A stretch of DNA of 49,201 nt from Chromera velia (lineage: Eukaryota). A model generated the notes under the pieces. The model was not told the DNA's origin. It did not search any database and saw nothing but the letters and a program-made list of their open reading frames with translations. Each line of letters opens with the position of its first letter. The first letter of the stretch is position 1. The position numbers and the translations under genes are program-made. The stretch is taken from contig JAHBMJ010000376.1 in assembly GCA_018398765.1 (NCBI GenBank), positions 1-49,201 of the forward strand, written 5' to 3'. Positions 43,333 through 49,201 of the stretch are shown here, one piece after another.

Positions 43333-44840
43333 ATGATTGATCGACCATGCAGCGACAGGACCAGAGACAAGTCCAAGGAGTTCGTTAGTCAAAAGGGGTC
43401 GTCTATTCACTGATAGATGATTGACAAAACAAGGGTTTCAGATCGAAAAAGAGAGGGGGGGACGAAAGAAGGGCCAGGGGCATCTTTTTTGTGAGTCGTG
43501 CTGTCTCTTTGTGCGCCCATGTCTAAGCGATGCAAAGCTGTGGGCTTGGACGGAGAAGGAGAGTGCTCTGCGGCTCTTAGATTTCGCTTAGATTTCGATT
43601 GTCTCTCCCCCCTCATTTGACTTTTGCGCCTTTTCTTCTTATGGTCTTTTGTCCCCTTTTTCCGCTGGTGCTTTTCTCCTTACATTCGCTTTTTCTTCCG
43701 CTCCCAGACGCACCCTCTCTGATCATCCCTTCGTCTGTCGAGTTTCTTATGCGTTCTCTTCCTTTCCTTGAATTCTCAAGGAGAGAAGAGAAACGAAATT
43801 CTGCTCAGAGAAGGAATGATAGATGCACAGGTGGGGTTCGTCTGCTTTCGTCTGTCTCGGATGCCGTCTTTCGAGAGAGATCGGAGTGGAGGGATGGCAG
43901 GAAGAAACAAAAGAAAGGGGAAAAAGGCGCTTTAAGCGACCACCAGCACGTAGGAAGGGAGGGAGAAGTGGTCAGTCACGCTATAGAGAACCAGACAGCA
44001 CGCGCTGCTGGGTTCTCATGTATGTTTCTGCGTATGCATATGTATGTATGTATGTCTGAAACAAAAGAGAAAAGGGCACAAATCTAGACACAACCACCGG
44101 CATCGTTGCGGCACGATCCCTTTCAGTGAGCAAAGGGTTCCACATGAAGGGTTCGCGTGCTTGTAAATATCGATAAGTTCAAAGGAAAAACAAAAAATCG
44201 AGGGAAAAGGATTGCAGGACAAAGAAGCCTTAACCCAGAGAAGGAGAGCGAGAGACAAACGAATTCACGATCGGCTTAGCTTGCAGTGGTGCGTGCAAGC
44301 AAACAATGATATCGCCATCGTCCCGTTCATCTAGACAGGCAAACAGACAGTCCGGGTTGCTAATTCAATTTGAAAACTCCGCACAGTTTTCCTCTCTTCT
44401 TCATCTCCGCCTGACTTCTTGCTTTCTTTTCTCGCACTCAATATTCGTCGACGCAGACTGATGTCCAGTCCGACGGAATTTCGCTTGGGAAAGGCACCGA
44501 AAATGCTTCAGTGGGTACTCTCCAGAAGAGTCTTTCGGTTCAATAGGCTTGTGGCCCTGCTTTGTTTGGGGTCGTGTTGACAGTTCCAGTTTGTGCATCA
44601 TTCGGCGCATGTGAACGAGTGCGTGTTGGCTTGTCTGATATTTTCGCGCCAGTTAATTTGACCATTGGCAGGCTACTACTAGTAGCCGCTGAGAGACTAG
44701 GACCCTGGCTCTTAATTACCCTAATACTAGCCCTAATATGATGGAGATGGTTTGGAGCTATACATGCAAATCTCCAAATGCGTTTAATTAGAGCTCCAAA
44801 TCCTATGATGATATCATAATGATGCACAAGATGATGCAAT

Positions 44841-45916
44841 TAGTGACTATGTTTGATTTGATTTGATTTGAAGTAGAGCTTAGTAAGCTCAAATCAAATA
44901 TTAAGTTGAGAAGATCTTAGCTACACAGTACGATTAGCCTGAGGAGTAACGAAAGTAAGATCATTACTAGGATGGTTACTAGGCCGCCTAGTTAATTACT
45001 AATTTTGTGGTTACGGTAGTAGTGTGCCAATGGTAGTGGTAATAGCTAAAAACTGGCAGATTTACTACTTAGTAGCCACATTTTGAGTCAAACTTAACCC
45101 ACAAGACCAATTTTAGACTAGTAAAACTCAATGTTCATCATTTTATGACTAAACCCTAACTAGTATATCATTATGTATAGCATATATTATTTGAGTATGA
45201 TGATTTCAGGGCTTTAAACTGTTAATAAGTTAAGTAGTCAAACTTTAAAATATGTTTAGCAACTGTTTTTACCAGAGTTTTTCCTTGAAGTACCATAGTA
45301 GTGGTACACGCGGATATACGCCTTCAAGTCTGCTGGTTACCATCTCCTGGTTACTAAACTGATGGTAACTCACTACTGGCTTAAAAGGGCCAGTAGTCCT
45401 AGTGGTAGTCTAGCCGGTAGTCACTCCTAACCATACTATATAATCTTAGCTTTCAGACGTCTATTAAATACGATCAAATATGAGTCAAATATGATATTCA
45501 GCCTCAAATATGAGGGCCCCAGAAAATTAAAGTTTTATAATTCAATCTCATCAATCGATCCATATGCATTATACACATAATCACAATACAAAGGCAAAAA
45601 ACGATTTAAAAACATTTTCTAGAGATCTCAGATCTATACCAAGAAAAACGTCTTAAGTTGTATTAGATTTTAGGTTTTATCCCCGTTTTGGTAGAAAAAC
45701 GCCAATGAGTAATTCATTTTAGCAACTCAATAACACTGGAAAACCCTGGTGAAAACCCTAAGGGTTCAACCTCAAATCCTACATCAAATATCAAATATTT
45801 GAGCTTGAAGTTCAAATCAAATCAAATCAAACTAAACTTCTAGACTGAACCAAATATATTTAACATCATGTAACCTTAAAAAAAAAAAAATCAAATCAAA
45901 TTAAACATGGTCACTA
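44841..45916. mobile_element. Non-autonomous hAT-like DNA transposon, ~1.08 kb, 29-bp TIRs, 8-bp TSD
   Basis: Left TAGTGACTATGTTTGATTTGATTTGATTT (44841-44869) versus reverse complement of 45888-45916, TAGTGACCATGTTTAATTTGATTTGATTT (27/29). Flanks are GATGCAAT (44833-44840) and GATACAAT (45917-45924), a 7/8 match. TCAAA subterminal repeats occur at both ends. No ORF. Confidence 0.85.
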
Positions 45917-46404
45917 GATACAATTAATAAATTGACGGTGTATTATTGACCTACATGCACTATCTGTGTTTATAAAGTACAGAAAAAAAATTATGTCTAT
46001 TCATGACTTTAAGTCTGATTCATCCTCTCTAGCATCCTCTGGATCACTGCAGCGTGACACTGCTCTCCTCATTAGCAGAAGACCCGGATGCATGCATGCA
46101 CGGCTCGAGTGGCTCGGCGAGGCTCGGCCTGCACGCGCACGCACAAAAAAGCATGCCGGCGCCCCATGTATGGCCCTGGAAAGCGAAGCGGGGGGCACTT
46201 AGGAAACAATCCCCTGAGCCCATGCATGGGAGCTTTCGTCAAAAGAAGGCCCTGGAAAGGTTTGCTCCCAATTGGCTCAGACAAGTGCGTGCCGAGACAG
46301 CTAGACGTATCAGGTTGCCGTCCGTGCTACATGCAGGGAAACGACAAACCAATCCAGGGGGAAAAACTCCCCGTCTCGGAAGTGTATAGTTTGATGCAGC
46401 CAAC

Positions 46405-47103
46405 CTCTCATTTTGTCGAGCTGCGGTCGCATCAAACGCGTGAGTTCGACCATTCTTGCAATTTGTGCCTTGATTTTGCGATGGCGTTCCACCGTTTCAC
46501 TCTCTGTGCGCGGACCGGGCGCGGCTTCCTCCTCTGTCAATTCGTGCTGCAGCAGAGTCTGCAGACTGAGATGGAAGTCCCCGGCAAGCAGGGTCGTGCC
46601 AGAGAGGGGGCCCCTGATTTCGTGCATGATGTACGAGATGAAGCGCTTCAGCGTCTCCTCAGCTGTGGACCGTAGCGCGTCGGCATCTCCCAGGCTGTCA
46701 AAGTAGGAGCGTGTTCTGAGTCTGTCCAAAAGGTAACCACTCACCGGAAAGAACACCAGACATGCAAGGCCTGGCAGTAGAAAATCTCGTCCGACGTGGT
46801 GCAAAGCGTTCCCGACAAAAAGACCCGTGTCGGTCAAGCTCAATATCCAGTAGTGACGTTTGGAGAAGTGGAAAGAGGAGAGCACCAGTTTTTGATACGT
46901 TGCTGCGAAGGCACAACGCAAATGTGGCGTGGCATCAAACGAGCGGGAGAGAGAGTCCTTCAATGTGATCAGAGGGAAATAGGCGCATGATCGGATGAGA
47001 AAGTGAATGAAAGAAAGAAGGAATGAAAGAATGAAGAATTGGATGCAAGCAGCTGAAGGAAAAGGAAGGGATGAGCGAACAAATCAAGTCCACAAAGAAT
47101 GGA

Positions 47104-47137
<34 letters not shown>

Positions 47138-48000
47138 AGGAAGGAAGGAAGGAAGGAAGGAAGGAACGAAGGAAACAAAGAAAGAAACAAACAGACAAAG
47201 AAACAAACAAACAAACAAACAAACAGACAAACACAGGAAGAATGACAGGCCCACCAACCAGCACAAAAAAAAGAGACAGACCTGAAGTCCCCAACGACAC
47301 CAAACGGACGTGCAAGTTCGGGTTCGCGCCTAGGTCCGCCCCTATGAAGTGGGCGGCATGGAAGAAGAGAAGGCTGACTAACGTTGTCAGGGAGCATACA
47401 AACTCAGCCTCTTTCAGTGCGTTCACATCCACATGTTTCTCCTTTTGATTCATCAGGGGACAGAGTGAGGATGCGAGAGGAAAGCATAGATCAAAAGGCA
47501 CGCTGTAGAAAAGGCTCTCGGGAGGGACCCCAACAGGAAGAGGGCTGCGAGCAAGACCACGAAGAGACTTGCAAACGCTGCGGAAATCCATAGCTGCTCC
47601 GTGTGCTGCAGCAGCCAGGAGTGGAGGCAGATGGCTACGTATGATTTGAGCTCCAGCGAAAATTGCGGCGAAGTCGCCTCATGCTAGGCAAAAAGCTGAA
47701 ACCAAAACTATCCATGAACAACAAAAAAATAAGAATGGACCAACGAGCCGACAAGGAACACCAACAAATAAACAAAGAGAAGACACACAGCGAGAGAGGT
47801 CCGAGGCCAACAGACCAGCGCAGCCGCAGAAACAAAACAGAAGTGTGGGCTGGACAGCCTACTGCAGCGTCAGCCTCACAGACAAGGACTGCCAGCATCT
47901 TCTTGGCCGCACTGTCTCACCTTTCGTGCAAGATGCCTCAGTCACACATGATCGGATTTCCCGTCGTGCCTGCGCCCACACACAGACAGACGATTTTAAA

Positions 48001-48041
<41 letters not shown>

Positions 48042-48634
48042 AAGAAAAAATTCGCCCCCTTTCAATTGTTCCGTCACACCCTCCACACTTTTTCGAGCCT
48101 GCATGGCAGCTGCCTCAGCGGAGAAACTCGATGACGACTATGATTACAAATATTCCAGAAATGAGTTCACAAGAATGATCTACCTCCTCGTGTGTAAAAC
48201 AAGAAGTTTCTCTGAGAGAAGCTCCACGTGAATTGGTGAGAGAAGGGCTTCGCCTTGAAAACCTTCTTTGTCAGACTCACTGCTGTGTCCGTGGGGTCTT
48301 TGAAGATGATTTCCAAGTGGTCTGTGATGGCGTTTCTTCGGGCGTCATTGTCTTGAGCGATGACCGCCAATTTCCAGTTGCTCTTGTTTAGTGTAAATAC
48401 GTGGTGGTTCTCAAAAAGGCGAGTGGAACCGCTTGTGCACTTCACTGGGCACAAACTAGGGTCGCAACGAGAAGGAACTCTGACTGAATGAGTCTCTTGG
48501 CTCGACTGCAAAAGGTAAGTGATGAGTTGCTGCACTGCAGTCCGGTGAGCACACGGGCCTTGGTGACAGCGCGAGGCTACATGGGTTTCGATACCAGACA
48601 GTTGAATATAAATCCCGAGCACACCGAGTAGCAC
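46405..48634 (-). pseudogene. Truncated/disrupted membrane sensor histidine kinase (HisKA H-box kept, ATPase domain not found)
   Basis: The 46963-46405 segment reads TM-like FLLPGLACLVFFPVSGYLL, then AEETLKRFISYIMHEIRGPLSGTTLL (H-box HE.R.PL) and ...RPQLDKMR, ending at a G|GTTGGC donor with no recognisable downstream exon. Upstream exon-like pieces (~47282-47690, 47820-47970, 48070-48634) contain stops and frame breaks, e.g. GLSLPLV* at 46935. The 5' extent is uncertain. Confidence 0.65.
47105..47230. repeat. (AAAG)n/(AAGG)n/(AAAC)n microsatellite within an intron of the kinase remnant
   Basis: Direct reading of the sequence. Confidence 0.9.
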
Positions 48635-49201
48635 AAAGGCAATCGGTCAGTCAGTAGTGCAGCCAAAAATTCAAGTGATCTGGTACCACTCCGTATTGCT
48701 GATTCAATCATTGGGTGGATAGGAAAGTCCTCAGATGTCTTAAATTTGAAGATGCGTCAAGGTCAGACAAACTGCATGCATGCCCATGACAGTAAAAATT
48801 TTCAAGTGCATGGAGCCGGTTGGGGACGCGAGGGCATTGAAAGAGGGGCCCCGGCATTCCTTTTCTTCCTGCCGGGGCAAGCAAGTTGCAGATATTGTAG
48901 AGCAAAAAGAAAGAAGAGAGAAAAAAAAGAAAAGAATAAGTAAAAATTGATACGTGAATCATAAAAGCAAATCCGAGAGGTAAAGGTTGTTTGTTCTAAA
49001 AATTAGTGAATGTTAGAAAAAAAAAAATAAAAATTTGTATGAGTAATAATAATTTAAATAAATGCTAAGTGATAAGGAAAGTTAAGCACACTCTCCTTCA
49101 ACCTCAGCGCTGTACTATCCCCCTCCGTTTGGGGTTTAGATTATGTAAGTTACTTGTATTAATTGATGACTTAAATAATATGAAATCGATAATTAATTAT
49201 T

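Noticed and set aside
42300..44800. Possible small minus-strand gene (acceptor-like TCTGTCAG|ACAAGGAG...TAG near 43198-43223)
   Set aside because: Could not assemble upstream exons or recognise a product; may be UTR or lncRNA.

Overview
Eukaryotic, intron-rich genomic DNA. A chromerid alveolate such as Chromera velia is the most likely source; this is inferred from an Hsp90 with a signal-peptide+Phe transit presequence, abundant TGCATGCA, microsatellite-filled introns, a chromovirus relic and a His-kinase remnant. I assembled seven spliced genes by hand, each with frame-consistent exon phases: (1) a 3-exon fusion of VLCFA dehydratase (HACD/PHS1) and enoyl reductase (TECR/TSC13), possibly using a GC-AG intron; (2) a ~990-aa low-complexity protein with a C-terminal RING; (3) a 13-exon plastid-type Hsp90; (4) a carrier/sideroflexin-like membrane protein; (5) an N-acylated MORN-repeat protein; (6) a ~950-aa protein of unknown function; (7) a ~1480-aa cyclin-box + RING-like + SQ/TQ-cluster protein. 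Six of them form three head-to-head pairs around CpG-rich spacers that share motifs. Gene blocks are separated by AT-rich islands holding decayed transposons: the 3' end of a chromodomain Gypsy element, two TA-flanked MITE-like elements, and a hAT-like element with an 8-bp TSD. Paired repeats in these relics differ largely by CpG transitions. A truncated, disrupted sensor histidine kinase lies near the right end. Gene models were read by eye and have not been confirmed by RNA data or database searches.
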